Counted from the first letter of the stretch, positions 48,970 through 63,445 are shown. The stretch is DNA of 64,000 bases from Antedon mediterranea (GCF_964355755.1 NC_092672.1:5580001-5644000); one strand, 5' to 3'. The notes: generated from the letters alone by a model not told the origin. Translations and numbers: made by a program.

Positions 48970-49802
48970 TGTAGAAGCCCGGAGGAGACTGTAAAAGAGT
49001 CCAAGACGACAAGTGCTATAAGGAAGTTATAAATGGTTCTCTCTTTCCGTTTACATTTTAACACACCAATTAACATTATGAAAAGAAGATCATACGACTG
49101 TGTAGGGGCCTATAGAATCTATATATAAATTTACGTAAGGGCAAAATTCGGTAAATCGCGCCTTACTTCTAGAATGTTTACTCGATGGTATATAAAGTTG
49201 GTTCGTACTTTCGATACTGATTTTAACCGCCTGATGTAACCCTGTTTACTAATTAAATGGAGTTCGATAATTAGTTATTGACGATTAAAACGAATTTAGG
49301 TTCAACGATTTGCCCCAAATAGGGGTGTTTTCCGATCGTGGTATACACTGTCCAATGCATGTCTATTTTGAAAAATACCCGCATACAATAATACGAGGAT
49401 GCTTCGCATTTTCCTATCTCCTCCTACGATAATTGTTTTTAATGGATGAAAACCGGTTGAACAGCTCGAGTACAGCATCATAATGTTGAAGACAGGCCTA
49501 TTTTCTTAAAAACATACTATTTTGATAGATTTAATATACGTTTATACAAATGTATTGATTTCCGATGAATGGAACATTCCAATAATAACTCTTTGCTTTA
49601 ACACAAGTACCACCAGCTGTAGGTAAATTTATTGGCCCTTGGGGAATTAACCTAAAACCTATATATAGATAAGTATTGCAATACTTGGACATTACTGTAA
49701 ATACGTATTAACAAAGCATTTGTGGTCGCCATTGAATTTACTGTGAGTGTGGGTACTGTTAGATGTATAACACAATCATGTACAAATAAACGTATTACTG
49801 TG

Positions 49803-50264
49803 AGGCCCTACTGTTATATAGAACGTACAATATACAAATAAACTGTAGTACTGACAGTTGCTTCTCAACGTTTGTATTAATTAATAATTACAAAGAATAT
49901 AAACGTTGTAGTGGTACGTGTATCGTTACATGTACTATGCTATTTCAATCGACTATGACAGTGACAGTTTTAACAAAGTATTAAGTCGCAAATGTGTTAC
50001 TGTATCAAGTGGTATATTATTTATAGGCCTGTGAGTAGGCCCTACTGTTATATAAAACGTACAATATACAAATAAACTGTACTACTGACAGTTGCTTCTC
50101 AACGTTTGTATTAATTAATAATTACAAAGAACATAAACGTTGTAGTGGTACGTGTATCGTTACATGTACTATGCTATTTCAATCGACTATGACAGTGACA
50201 GTTTTAACAAAGTATTAAGTCGCAAATGTGTTACTGTATCAAGTGGTATATTATTTATAGGCCT
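49803..50264. repeat. 234-bp tandem duplication
   Basis: AGGCCCTACTGTTATATA... at 49803 and 50037, few mismatches. Confidence 0.92.
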
Positions 50265-51784
50265 ATCAAAGTGAAAAACATATTTCGTTACTGAGTAGAT
50301 AAATAATATATTAAAACATTGTTCTTCTTTGTACCCATATCCTCTTCCCCATCCCTCAAAACTAATGTTACACACAAAACACAAATTGGGTTTGTTTAAA
50401 TGAGAGTCCAAATAACAAATTTGGACTCATTTTGTGACAAGTTTCTCTTTCGGAAGTAATTCCCAGTGTGCTAATTTCAGTTTAATACATAAATCATCGT
50501 GTCTATTTATTCGTTTCTGTAAACAATAATAACTATTATCGTCCTGCAGTACGTACATTAATAAAAGCATTTTTTACGCCGAAATTACTGTGTATTCGAG
50601 AACCATCTGTGGGCACGACCTAGATCTAGTATCATATAATAACACTTGAACAAAAGCCACAGATTATAGACTCTGTCATTAGGGGATGGCCTTGTTTTAT
50701 CTAGTTAGGATAGAATAGAATAGACATTTCACATAATAATTATGTTTGTGGGGAAAATCCGAAATCATTTGACTATAATATTAATATATATCTTTCTATC
50801 GATTCTGGTTCAATTTCACTATATTTATTATCTATAATCTAACTATTCCGGTTAAATATTTAGGTACGTACGATCACTTCCTCCTTCTTAGATGTGATAA
50901 ATTTCACCATATAAACATTCCAGGAGACATACGAATAATTGGAGGGTACGATGTGTTGTTGATGATACTCAATACTCTGGATTGACACGTTTTGTATTTG
51001 ATATCAAAGGTTACGACGACAGGTTAATGTCATGAACTACATGTTTTATTTATCAACAATATTAATAATGAAACAACAAAAAGTTAACATTATTATTATA
51101 TTAACTTACTAAATATATCAGACCAGATTCCGAATCACCTGGTTCACCTTGATAGAATAAGAGCAATATACAGCAAGTAGTAGGGAACGTTTGATAATCC
51201 ACCTACACTGAGTGTCAAGAGAATGAAGAGACATCACAATGTCCCCGCAGGCGCATAATGGTTTAAAGTCTCCTGGGTTCCAGGTCTTCATAACAGTATA
51301 ATATATGGGAAAGTATAAGGATACATAATACATACTCATAACAATTACACAATAAGTTTACTTCAATTTCAAACTAAGGAAATATAGGAATTAGTATTTT
51401 AGTTAGTTAGGAGAATTACAGGTTCATGCAAAGTTCATGCAAACTAATTTTTGTCATCGTCCATTATAAAGGGGGGGGGGGTTCAATATGACTACAACGT
51501 AATTTCTACAATTATTTATTATATTTATAAGCAGTCTATTATAGTAGTCTACAAGTGACCTTAAAACATTTATATAATGTTTGCGATAGATCACGTATAA
51601 GCAAGTATAGAAAAGAACTGTTCAAATTTATCGACGTTTCGATCAATATTATACTTTAAGCATCCTAGGAGTGAGAAATATAATAACAAAAAACCACTGT
51701 GGTACTTGAACAATTAATAGGTTAAAAAATCGACTTTCACACTGGCAAACGGCAAAACTTCGTTGCTCAAGAGTTTCAGTATAT

Positions 51785-53608
51785 TCAGAATGCTTCTAAA
51801 GAGGAATTATCGATGAGCCTATGCTGTGGGCAGTTTGGTGACAAAAGAGCTGTTTCAAGCTTGGCCCAGAACAATGCTTTTCTCTCTGGATGTTCTTCCC
51901 ATTCGATATAAGTTTTCTTCGTCAATATTTTGTGTAAGAGTATCGGCATGTCTTTAGGCGACACCTTCTCAATTAGTACAACGACTAATATATCTTCATG
52001 ACGGTCGAACATACGCATGCGCGCCATCTCTAGCTCAAAGTTGCACCACTCACTTTTTGCGAAATGTTTGGAGACAACTAACAAAACCTTACGGCTGAAT
52101 TTAACAGCGTTTGCAATGTTTGTAATGATTGCTTCTCCTGGAATAAAGTCCCGATAGTCGACGCATAGTTTGAAATTCCGCTGCACCTCCAACGATGGCT
52201 GCAAAACATTCAAAATCCATTGTTGGTCTTTGCTGTTGTAACAGACAAACACGTCATACTGAATGTTTTCTCCGTCGACAGGAGGAGGGCCTTGACTGCA
52301 AATTCGGTAGTATTGTTTACGAAGGCGTCTTCGTTGATTCCAGTACCTTCATGGAAGAAATAAAAAGGGATTTTTTTTCTCAAAAAAATCATGTACTGTA
52401 AATGATTCGATTTTATTTTATTTAATCAGTCTATATTCTAATATAAACACGTTGAACTTTAATAATATTTACATGGATGTAGCATTCGTAGATTAAACAC
52501 ACCTGAAAATAATTAGTTACCGTACATACCTTACATGAAATCTGTAGCGGTAAATAAGCACACAACCTATTGTAATAGCAAACACAGCTGAAGCAGAAGG
52601 AATTGTAATTCTTAAGATCCTATCCAACTTGCTGCAGTGTAGTTTATAAGGATCAAAATCCAGTATTTTCTTGTTGTATTGATTGCTATGATATGTTCTA
52701 CAACGTGTAAGGTTAATATCAGCAAGAATAACATTCGTTGTCTCAATCCAGTTTCTAAACCACACTAAATTACAATCACAGCGGAAATGGTTGTACGATA
52801 CGTTTAGAAATTGCAATGCGGTCAGATTTTGAAGTCCAGCATCTTCTTTGATTGTAGTCAACAGGTTATCGTTTATAGACATTCGTTGTAATTTGGATAA
52901 TCCTTTAAATGCTTGTGGTGGTATACTGCTAATCTGATTAGAGTGTAAATATAAGTATTTAAGAAGTGGTAAATTTTGGAAAGTGCCGGAGTTTATATAT
53001 TTTATAGCGTTTTTTGTAAGATCAATTTTGGTTAGGTTTTTGCAATGAGTAAATACCTCAGGATGTATTGTGCTTAATCCACAATCTGGTAGTTGCAATT
53101 CTAATAAAGAAAAGAGATCATCAAACCAAGGCAGGAGTTTACCCAAGTAGCCGTTTTTTGCCATACTTAAAAATTCCAATTGATGCAAGCCACGAAATGC
53201 ATTGATTTCAACTTTGTCATACTTTAATCTGTTGGTAGTAAGATCTAAACTGTGTAGAATTGTTAAATTCCTAAAAGAATTGGTCTCCAATGACGAAATA
53301 CGATTGTTAGACAAGATGTAAAACTTAGCATCAGTTGGAACTTTATCTTGTAGTGGAAGCGATGTCAATTGTTTGTCTGAACAATCCACGTTGTGACTGT
53401 AGTAGTATTCCGTTTCTGTTTTACAATATAAGCATTCACATTTCTCGGGACATCTAATATCTGATGGAATTCGACCACCATTAGGGTTGATGACACAGCA
53501 CGTTACATTACCGTCGGATGTAAATGTACAGTTGGTGGGAACCGTGTAAAGCTCAGATTGAACAGTTGCCAAAACAACGAAGAGTATCATATAGCGCAAC
53601 ATAACCAT
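51785..53608 (-). CDS. Short TLR D (exons ~53608-52530, 52346-51785), ~546 aa
   Basis: ATG at 53608 or 53602 precedes a signal peptide; extra Cys-containing N-terminal segment; in-frame TIR exon after an AAG acceptor. Confidence 0.9.
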
Positions 53609-54431
53609 ATAACCATATGAAAAAAAAATGTAATAAACGAGAAAACATACGCACAACAGTAATAACTGATGATGAATACACGATAAGGAAGTTAATGTTG
53701 GAATTTATGAGTTAATGTTGGTGTGTACATTGTTCATGAATCACTTCACAATCAAGATCGCAATAAGGAAGTTTACAATTTCACAATTTTCAAGGAGAAA
53801 ATTATTATCGGGGAAAATCAGTAGTAAAATGATAACATCATAGCTGATTATAGGCCTGCTGTAACCGATAAGTCTGTATTTATTGTATTTTTTATGTTAG
53901 TCCACCAGGCAGTCGGCGTTTCGATTTTTGTCTGAAAATACGAACTCATGTTTTATACGTATGAAGCGCCATATGTGTCAACATATTTATCTAATTTCAG
54001 TCTAGAACCTAGACTACCGATGCAGCAACAAGTATTACTATTTCCCGTCCCTATTAAACAATTTACAGTATATCTCAGTTGGTATTGTACTTCCCTTATT
54101 TCCGCCTTAAGGGTAGAAAAAGTTTACAAACAATTATGCAACTTACTTTTATACTTGGTTCAAAATGGAGTATTGTTTGTAATTTATCTCGCATATGATA
54201 CCTAATTCTGACGTGCCCTTAAATACATGATTGCCTTCTCTTGACAATTTTAAGATCAAACAAAACAACACATTCATGAGCGTCTCAAAACTAGGCCTAT
54301 ATGGTAAATTCAATGTTTGTTATGGCCGGGACTTTTTACAGAATGTTTTTTATTACATTTTAAAAACCTAAAAACGTAACATATCCCCGTGTTAATAACG
54401 CATCAGTGTCCACAATTTCTATCTCTAAACT

Positions 54432-54553
54432 AACAAGGCTATATACATGGCTGCAGTCGCGTGCGCAAATTTGAATTTGTGCTTACCGACCAACCGACTG
54501 ACCGACCGCCCAACCGACATAGTGAGATGTAGAGTGGCGTTTGCACGCGACTA
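54432..54553 (-). mobile_element. Short HINE/pearl/DINE-1-like element
   Basis: AGTCGCGTGC / GCACGCGACT inverted repeats around a (CCGA)n-like microsatellite. Confidence 0.55.
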
Positions 54554-54617
54554 CACTTTTACGCTGACTGCAACTCTACAAAATGAAATGTAGTCTTTTT
54601 TAATCATTATTTTTTCT

Positions 54618-56420
54618 TTAGGGGATACCACCAAGAAGCCTATCCTTTGGACAGTTAGGCGATAAAAGAGCTGTTTCAAGCTTGGCCCAGAACAATGCTT
54701 GTCTCCCTGGATGTTCTTCCCATTCTATATACGTTTTCTTCGTCAATATCTTGTGCAAGAGTATCGGCATGTCTTTGGGTGACACCTTCTCAATTAGTAC
54801 AACGACCAAGATATCTTCATGCTTGTCGAACATACGCATGCGCGCCATCTCTAGTTCAAAGTTGCACCACTCACTTTTGGCAAAATGTTTGGAGACAACT
54901 AACAAAACCTTACGACTGAATTTAACAGCGTTTGCAATGTTTGTAACGATTGCTTCTCCTGGGAGAAAGTCACGATAGTCAACGCATAATTTGAAATTTC
55001 GCTCCACCTCCAACGATGGCTGTAAAACATCTAGGACCCATTGTATGTCTTTGCTGTTGTAACAGACAAAAACGTCATACCGAATATCTTCTCCGTTGAT
55101 TGGAGGAGGCCCTTGGTTGCAAATTCGCTGGTATTGTTTGCGAAGGCGTCGTTGTTGATTCCAGTACCTTCATTGAAATAAATGTATGATTTGTTAATGA
55201 TTTACAAAATGTGAGCATCAGTTTTATTATCTCTTATATTATACCTATTGAGCAAATTGTGGATAAACTTGAACATGTATTAAAATATAACCGATTCCTT
55301 TAGTAATTCGTTGATTTTTTTTCTCATAAAATACATTTTTTTTAAACAGGTAAAAAACAATTCATTAATCTCACCTTAAATGAAATCTGTAACGGTAAAG
55401 AAGCACACCGCATATTGTGATACCAAGCACAGCTGAAGCAGAAGGAATTGTAATTCTTAAGATTCTATCCAACTTGCTGCAGTGTAGTTTATTGGGATCA
55501 AAATCCAGTATTTTCTTGTACTCTTTACTATCTGGAAATTGTCTACATCCTGTATGGCTGGGCTGATCAATTGTAACATTCGTTGTCCCAATCCATTTTA
55601 TAAACCACATTAAATCACAGTCACACATGAATGTATTGTACGCAACATTTAGAATCTGTAATTGAGTCAGATTTTGAAGTCCAACATCCTCAGTGATTGT
55701 AGAGAGGAGGTTGTCATTTATAGACATTCGTTGTAATTTGGATGACCCTTTAAATGCTTGTGGTGCTATACTGGTAATCTTATTGTTGTTTAGATATAAA
55801 TATTTAAGATCTGATAAATTATGGAAAGTTCCGGACTGAATATATTTTATAGAGTTTCTTGTAAGATCAACTTTTATTAGGTTTTTGCAGTAATTAAATA
55901 CATTATGATATATTGTGGTTAATCCACATTGCGGTAGAAACAGCATTTCTAAAGACACGAGATCGTCAAACCAAGGCAGGAGTTTACCCAAATAATCGTT
56001 TTTATCCATACTTAAAAATCTCAAATTATACAAGCCACGAAATGCATTAATACCAATGGTGTTGTACTTCAAGTTGTTGAAAATAAGATTCAAAGTGCGT
56101 AGAAATATTAATCCTTTAAAAGAATTGTCCTCCAACGATGAAATACGATTGTATGACATTGTGTAAAACACGACATCAGTTGGAATTGTATCTTGTGATG
56201 GAAGCGATGTCATTTGATTGTATGAACAATTCACGTTGTGATTGTAGTAGTCTTCCGTTTCTGTTTTACAATATAACGAACAGTTACATTTCTCGGGGCA
56301 TCTAATATCTGCTGGAGTATCATTATGATCGTAATTGTAGCACGTTAAATTATCCCCAAATGACGTACCGCTGTACACCGTCTCAAAACCAAGGACAATT
56401 ATTATCAAACAACGCAACAT
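54618..56420 (-). CDS. Short TLR E (exons 56420-55375, 55167-54618), ~531 aa
   Basis: Same architecture; donor AG|GTGAGA; TIR exon open from YWNQ to stop. Confidence 0.92.
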
Positions 56421-57192
56421 CTTCTTCTTATTAACAATGCAACATTCTTGCAGGGGAAATTCAAAGATTAGAAAAGGTCATAATTCGTTGTAAAATAGGA
56501 AAACAGTAAATTCAGGTGTGGAAACAAAACTACATTTGCTTTATTTATCACTTTATTATAATAATACCAATTCACCTTGTCTCTAGCACCATTAGCGTTT
56601 CAGCATCCTATTTGGAAAATGAGGGAGAAATAAAGACTTGTTCCTTGTGTATTGCTTAGTGTATTAGTAGCAGAACAAAGAAGCAGAAACTAAAACTAGA
56701 AAATAAAAACTGTATTTTACTCTAAATTGTTTACATTAAAGTAACAAATCTACTTGATAATAGCTTACATATCTCTTTATTATCAAATGAAAGCCTTTAT
56801 GTCCTAAAAAGGCTTCAAATCGCAAATTCGCGAGGGTCATAAAAGTACGGTAGGCCTACACAACGAAGTGACATTTATTTTATTTACAATTAAATAACAG
56901 AAACAATAAGAAGTATGCCGGAAAAGGTACAATATATGAAATAGTAATTGTTTTAGGCATAACTTAATAGAAAATGTGTAAATTACGTAATTTAAAAGTT
57001 AAATATCATGACGTTTATACAAAAAAGTTTATAATGTAAATGTATTAATAAGACATCAGTGTGCACAATTTAAATATAACTGTACATTCTCTCTCGAACT
57101 AAGATCTACGCTTTCAGGCTAATCTTCAAACTACAATTATAACTCTACAAAAATACAAAATATGAAAAAGTAGCTTTATGTCCATATTGTTT

Positions 57193-59001
57193 CTAAGGGT
57201 TACCAGCAAGAAGCCTGTCCTTTGGACAGTTAGGTGACAAAAGAGCTGTTTCAAGCTTGGCCCAGAACAATGCTTTTCTCTCTGGATGTTCTTCCCATTC
57301 GATATAAGTTGTAGTGGTCAGTATCTTGTGTAAGAGTATCGGCATTTCTTTGGGTGACACCTTCTCAATTAGTACCACGACCAATATATCTTCATGGCTG
57401 TCGAACATACGCATGCGCGCCATTTCTAGCTCGAAGTTGCACCACTCACTTTTGGCAAAATGTTTGGAGACAACTAACAAAACCTTGCGACTAAATTTAA
57501 CAGCATTTGCGATGTTCGTAACGATTGCTTCTCCTGGGAGAAAGTCACGATAGTCAACGCATAGTTTAAAATTCCGCTGCACCTCCAATGACTCCTGTAA
57601 GGTTTTCAGAACCCATTGTAGGTCGTTGCTGTTGTAACAGACAAACACGTCATACCGAATGTCTTCTCCCTTGATAGGTCCTTGGTTGCAAATTCTCTGG
57701 TATTGTTTGCGAAGGCGTCGTCTTTGATTCCAGTACCTTCATTGAAATAAATGTGTTTTTTAAGATTTGCAAAATGTGAGCAACCGTTTAATTATGTCTA
57801 TAATAATTTATCAATGGTAGGATTATACCTATTTAAAAATCGACTAGCAATGTGTGGATAAATGTGAACATCTTATAAAATGTAATAGATTCTTTTTCCA
57901 TTTAAAAAAAATAAAATCCATTGTTAAAAACAGATTAAAGACAATTTATTAATCTCACCTTAAATGAAATCTGTAGCGGTAAAGAAGCACACAGCATATT
58001 GTGATACCAAGCACAGCTGAAGCAGAAGGAATTGTAATTCTTAAGATTCTATCCAACTTGCTGCAGTGTAGCTTATCGGGGTCAAAATCCAGTATTTTCT
58101 TGTATTCTTTACTATCTCGAAATAGCCTACAGTCTGTATGGTTGATGTCTTGAATTGTAACATTCGTTGTCCCAATCCATTTTCTAAACCACACTAAATC
58201 ACAGTTACACAGATATTTATTGTACGCAACATTGAGAAATTGTAATTGAGTCAGATTTTGGAGTTCAACATCTTCTTTGATTGTAGTCAACAGGTTGTCA
58301 TTTAGAGACATTCCTTGTAATTGCGATAAACCTTTAAATGCGTGTGGTGGTATACTGGTAATTTGATTGTTGTCTAGATACAAATATTTAAGAACTGGTA
58401 AATTCTGAAATGTTCCGAAATCGATATAATTTATCAAGTTGTGGGTAAGGTCAATTTTAATTATTTTTCTGCAATTATTAAATACCATAGGATATATTTT
58501 TCTTAATCCACAATTTATTAAATACAGCTTTTCTAAAGATACGAGATCATCGAACCAAGACAAGAGTTTAGACAAATAACTGTTTTTATCCATACTTAAA
58601 AATTTCAAATTATTCAAGCCACGAAATGTATCAATACCAATGGTGTTGTACTTCAAGTTGTTGGAAATAAGATTTAAAGCGTCTAGAAATGTTAATTTCT
58701 GGAAAGAATTGTTCTTCAACGATGAAATAAGATTGTATTGTAATTTGTAAAACACGACATCGGTTGGAACTGTATCTTGTGGTGGTAGCGATGTCATTTG
58801 TTTGCCTGAACAATCCACGTTGTGACTGTAGTAGTATTCCGTTTCTGTTTTACAATATAAACATTCACATTTCTTGGGACATCTAATATCTGCTGGAGTG
58901 CCATTGGGATCGTAATTGTAGCACGTTACATTATCCCCAAATGACGTACCGCTGTACACTGTCTCAAAACCAAGGACAATTATTATCAGACAACGCAACA
59001 T
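57193..59001 (-). CDS. Short TLR F (exons 59001-57959, 57736-57193), ~528 aa
   Basis: Same architecture; in-frame 6-nt deletion in the linker before TIR. Confidence 0.92.
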
Positions 59002-59894
59002 CTTCTTACTAACAATGCAACATTCTTGCAGTGGAAATTCATAGATTAGAAAACCTCATTAAACTGTTGAATATTGGAAGACCGTGATATTCGTAGTTTT
59101 ATGTTGTAGAAGTATAGAACTTTTAAATCTTGTCTACAGAACCCCATGGCTTAGCTTTGTATAGTATTTTGAAAATGTAGGAAGAATGAGGCTTGGTCCG
59201 TATGTAATGGTATTTGTACATAGGGCAAAGAGAAACTAAAACTGTTTCTATGCTCAATGGCCGCGGTATACATTGACTGTTATTTATTAAGGTGATTAAC
59301 GGAAAATTCAGCAACTATAAAATAATTTATGCGTTAATTTCATTTTTGCATGTCAATTATAATACATTATATAGTTTACATATCTCATTATTATCAAAAT
59401 GATTGTCAAAATAATATCAAATTAATTATTAAATTGTTTAAATTAGGTTTTGAAAATAGGCCAAATAGAAATGTATTTCTCTTTGTCTATAGATTTTCCC
59501 ATATTAATGAAATAAATTGAAACAGAAAATGAAATAAATAAATTAGCATAGAAGTTAATAAAAACGCAATCTAATAATCACCAATGTAATTTAAACGTAA
59601 ATATTTTCTTCAATGGGATTATTCTTAAGTCGTTTGATATTTATTCTATAGAGTTGTTCAGTTTGGTCTCCAGGTTAAGTTGTTCAGTTATTTGTTATAT
59701 ATAACATCTAAATAGATTCCTGTCATTTGAATCAAATAAAGGGTACACCAAGCCAAGGTCTACATTTGATTCACATTGATTAAAACAGTAACATTTGGTT
59801 TTTAATAATATTATATTAAATATTATATTTATATGGATTTATAAACACACCAAATGTAGTGTTAGTTATGTCAACAAACGACCAAACAATCCTA

Positions 59895-62112
59895 GGCCTA
59901 GCAAGGCTAAAACGCCTAGGCTAGTTCTAGCCTAATACTAACAGGCCTAGCCTAGCCCTATTATAATTAGAGTAGAGGGCCTAGGCTGAAAGACAGTCAA
60001 TCCAAATACGAAACTTCCACTTGCAACTGGAACTCATGTAGGCTAATTATGTTTTTTCCAACGATTCACGTCTTGTAGAGACGTTCCCTTTAATTAATCA
60101 AAATCCTAAAAACGATCTAAAGTTAATTTAAATGCCTTTTTGATCTAAATTAGTACATATAGGCCTATATCTCTCCAAAAAAATGTACCTCCATCCATCA
60201 CGAACCAGTCATAACATTCAAATCGCCGCTTAAGAACAAAATAGGTGGCGCTGTTGTATATCAACAAATATTTCCAAACGCGAAAAGATTTTTTTTTCAT
60301 ACACGTAAAAAGTACTATTAAACGATCGTTTAATAGTGCATACTATTGCACGCCATGTGACCCACAATCGTCTAATCAAATGAAAGGAATTTATTTTGGT
60401 GTTATATAATACATAATACATAATGAAAAAAAATGTTTGATCAATATGTAATGTAACATCGAAGTTATCAGTGTCCACAACTGTACAGAAGAATTAATAC
60501 TCTTTCAGGCTAATCTACAATCTTAACGCTACCAATTTATGAAAACTTAAGCAACTTTTTTCTCCAGATTGTTACTAAGGGTTACCAGCCTGAAGCCTAT
60601 CCTTTGGACAGTTTGGTGACAAAAGAGCTGTTTCAAGCTTGGTCCAGAACAATGCTTGTCTCTCTGGATGTTCTTCCCATTCGATATATTGTCGTGGTCA
60701 ATACCTTGTGCAAGAGTATCGGCATTTCTTTGGGTGACACCTTCTCAATTAATACAACCACCAAGATATCTTCATGACGGTTGAACATACGCATGCGTGC
60801 CATCTCTAACTCGAAGTTGCACCACTCACTTTTGCGAAATGTTTGGAGACAACTAACAAAACCTTGTGACAGAATTTAACAGCGTTTGCAATGTTTGTAA
60901 TGATTGCTTCTCCTGGAATAAAGTCCCGATAGTCAACGCATAGTTTAAAATTCCGCTGCACCTCCAACGATGGCTGTAAGGTTTTCAGAAGCCATTGTTG
61001 GTCGGCCTAGCAAGGCTAAAACGCCTAGGCTAGTTCTAGCCTAATACTAACAGGCCTAGCCTAGCCCTATTATAATTAGAGTAGAGGGCCTAGGCTGAAA
61101 GACAGTCAATCCAAATACGAAACTTCCACTTGCAACTGGAACTCATGTAGGCTAATTATGTTTTTTCCAACGATTCACGTCTTGTAGAGACGTTCCCTTT
61201 AATTAATCAAAATCCTAAAAACGATCTAAAGTTAATTTAAATGCCTTTTTGATCTAAATTAGTACATATAGGCCTATATCTCTCCAAAAAAATGTACCTC
61301 CATCCATCACGAACCAGTCATAACATTCAAATCGCCGCTTAAGAACAAAATAGGTGGCGCTGTTGTATATCAACAAATATTTCCAAACGCGAAAAGATTT
61401 TTTTTTCATACACGTAAAAAGTACTATTAAACGATCGTTTAATAGTGCATACTATTGCACGCCATGTGACCCACAATCGTCTAATCAAATGAAAGGAATT
61501 TATTTTGGTGTTATATAATACATAATACATAATGAAAAAAAATGTTTGATCAATATGTAATGTAACATCGAAGTTATCAGTGTCCACAACTGTACAGAAG
61601 AATTAATACTCTTTCAGGCTAATCTACAATCTTAACGCTACCAATTTATGAAAACTTAAGCAACTTTTTTCTCCAGATTGTTACTAAGGGTTACCAGCCT
61701 GAAGCCTATCCTTTGGACAGTTTGGTGACAAAAGAGCTGTTTCAAGCTTGGTCCAGAACAATGCTTGTCTCTCTGGATGTTCTTCCCATTCGATATATTG
61801 TCGTGGTCAATACCTTGTGCAAGAGTATCGGCATTTCTTTGGGTGACACCTTCTCAATTAATACAACCACCAAGATATCTTCATGACGGTTGAACATACG
61901 CATGCGTGCCATCTCTAACTCGAAGTTGCACCACTCACTTTTGCGAAATGTTTGGAGACAACTAACAAAACCTTGTGACAGAATTTAACAGCGTTTGCAA
62001 TGTTTGTAATGATTGCTTCTCCTGGAATAAAGTCCCGATAGTCAACGCATAGTTTAAAATTCCGCTGCACCTCCAACGATGGCTGTAAGGTTTTCAGAAG
62101 CCATTGTTGGTC
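59895..62112. repeat. 1109-bp apparently identical tandem duplication (59895-61003, 61004-62112)
   Basis: Identical 82-aa ORFs at offset 1109; junction GTC|GGCCTAGC at 61003/61004; carries most of the pseudogene TIR exon. Confidence 0.95.
60575..61003 (-). pseudogene. Orphan partial TIR exon (duplicate of TLR G TIR)
   Basis: Lacks the splice acceptor and TIR box 1; carries the same two frameshifts as the 61684-62230 copy. Confidence 0.9.
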
Positions 62113-63445
62113 GTTGCTATTGTAACAGACAAACACGTCATATCGAATGTCTTCTCCGTTGACAGGAAGAGGTCCTTGGTTGCAAATTCACTGATATTGT
62201 TTGCGAAGGCGTCGTCGTTGATTCCAGTACCTTTATTCAAATTTAAAAACATATTTAGAACCGTACATCAACTAGCAAATTGTGGAATATATCAATCTAA
62301 TAATTATTAAATACTTAAATTAGTTGTATAACATAGTAAACAAATAATACAAATGTTGAATTTTACCATCCGAAAGAAATGAATACTGGTTTAATTCGTT
62401 GATTTGATTATATATAAATCATTTTTTTTTAAACAAGTAGAGTTAGATTTAAGTTTATGAATACAATTCATTATTCTCACCTTAAATGAAACCTGTAGCG
62501 GTAAAGAAGCACACAGCATATTGTAGTAGCAAGAAGCACAGCTGAAGCAGAGGGAAGTCTAATTCTTAAGATTCTATCCAACTTGCTGCAGTGTAGCTTA
62601 TCGGGGTCAAAATCCAGTATTTTCTTGTATTCTTTACTATCTGGGAATAGCCTACATTCTGTATGCTTGATGTTTTCAATTGTTGCATTCGTTGTCCTAA
62701 TCCATGTTCTAAGCCAAACTAAATCACAGTCACACATAAATTTGTTGTACGCCACATCTACAGATTGTAATTGAGTCAGATTTTGAAGTCCAACATCTTT
62801 TTTAATTGTAGTCAGCAGGTTGTCATTTATAGATATTCGTTGTAATTGCGATAAACCTCTAAATGCGTGTGGTGGTATACTGGTAATATGATTGTTGTCT
62901 AGATACAAATATTTAAGAACTGGTAAAATCTGAAATGTTCCGAAATCGATATAATTTATCAAGTTTCGGGTAAGGTCAATTTTAATTATTTTTCTACAAT
63001 GATTAAATACCTTAGGATATGTTGTGGTTAATCCACAATGTTGTAAATGCAGCACTTCTAAAGATACAAGATCATCGAACCAAGGCAGGAGTTTAGACAA
63101 ATAAATGATTCAAAGTGTGTAGAAATGTTAATTCCTGGAAAGAATGGTTATCCAATGATGAAATAAGATTGTTTGACAATCTATAATACTTAGCATCAGT
63201 CGGAACCGTATCTTGTGGTGGAATGGATGTAACTCCAATGCTTTCGCAGTACACGTTATGAATGTAGTACAAGTCTGTTTCTGTCTTACAAAACACACAG
63301 TTGCATTTCTTAGGGCATCTTATATCTTCAGGAGAAGTACCATTGGGGTAGTATTTGTAGCACGTTAACTTATCTCCTTCTTCAAATGGTGTAAAGCTCT
63401 CCACTGTCTCCAGAACAACGAACATTAATATCAGACAACACCACA
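61684..63445 (-). pseudogene. TLR G pseudogene
   Basis: ~90-nt frameshifting deletion at ~63100 (LRR2-3); 1-nt deletion at ~61940 (HFAK then VSGATSS-stop); 2-nt deletion at ~61797. The paralogous ATG position reads CTG, so the 5' end is uncertain. Confidence 0.88.

Noticed and set aside
60230-60478. 82-aa ORF present twice (also 61339-61587)
   Set aside because: Non-ATG start, no recognisable domain; identity is explained by the 1109-bp duplication.
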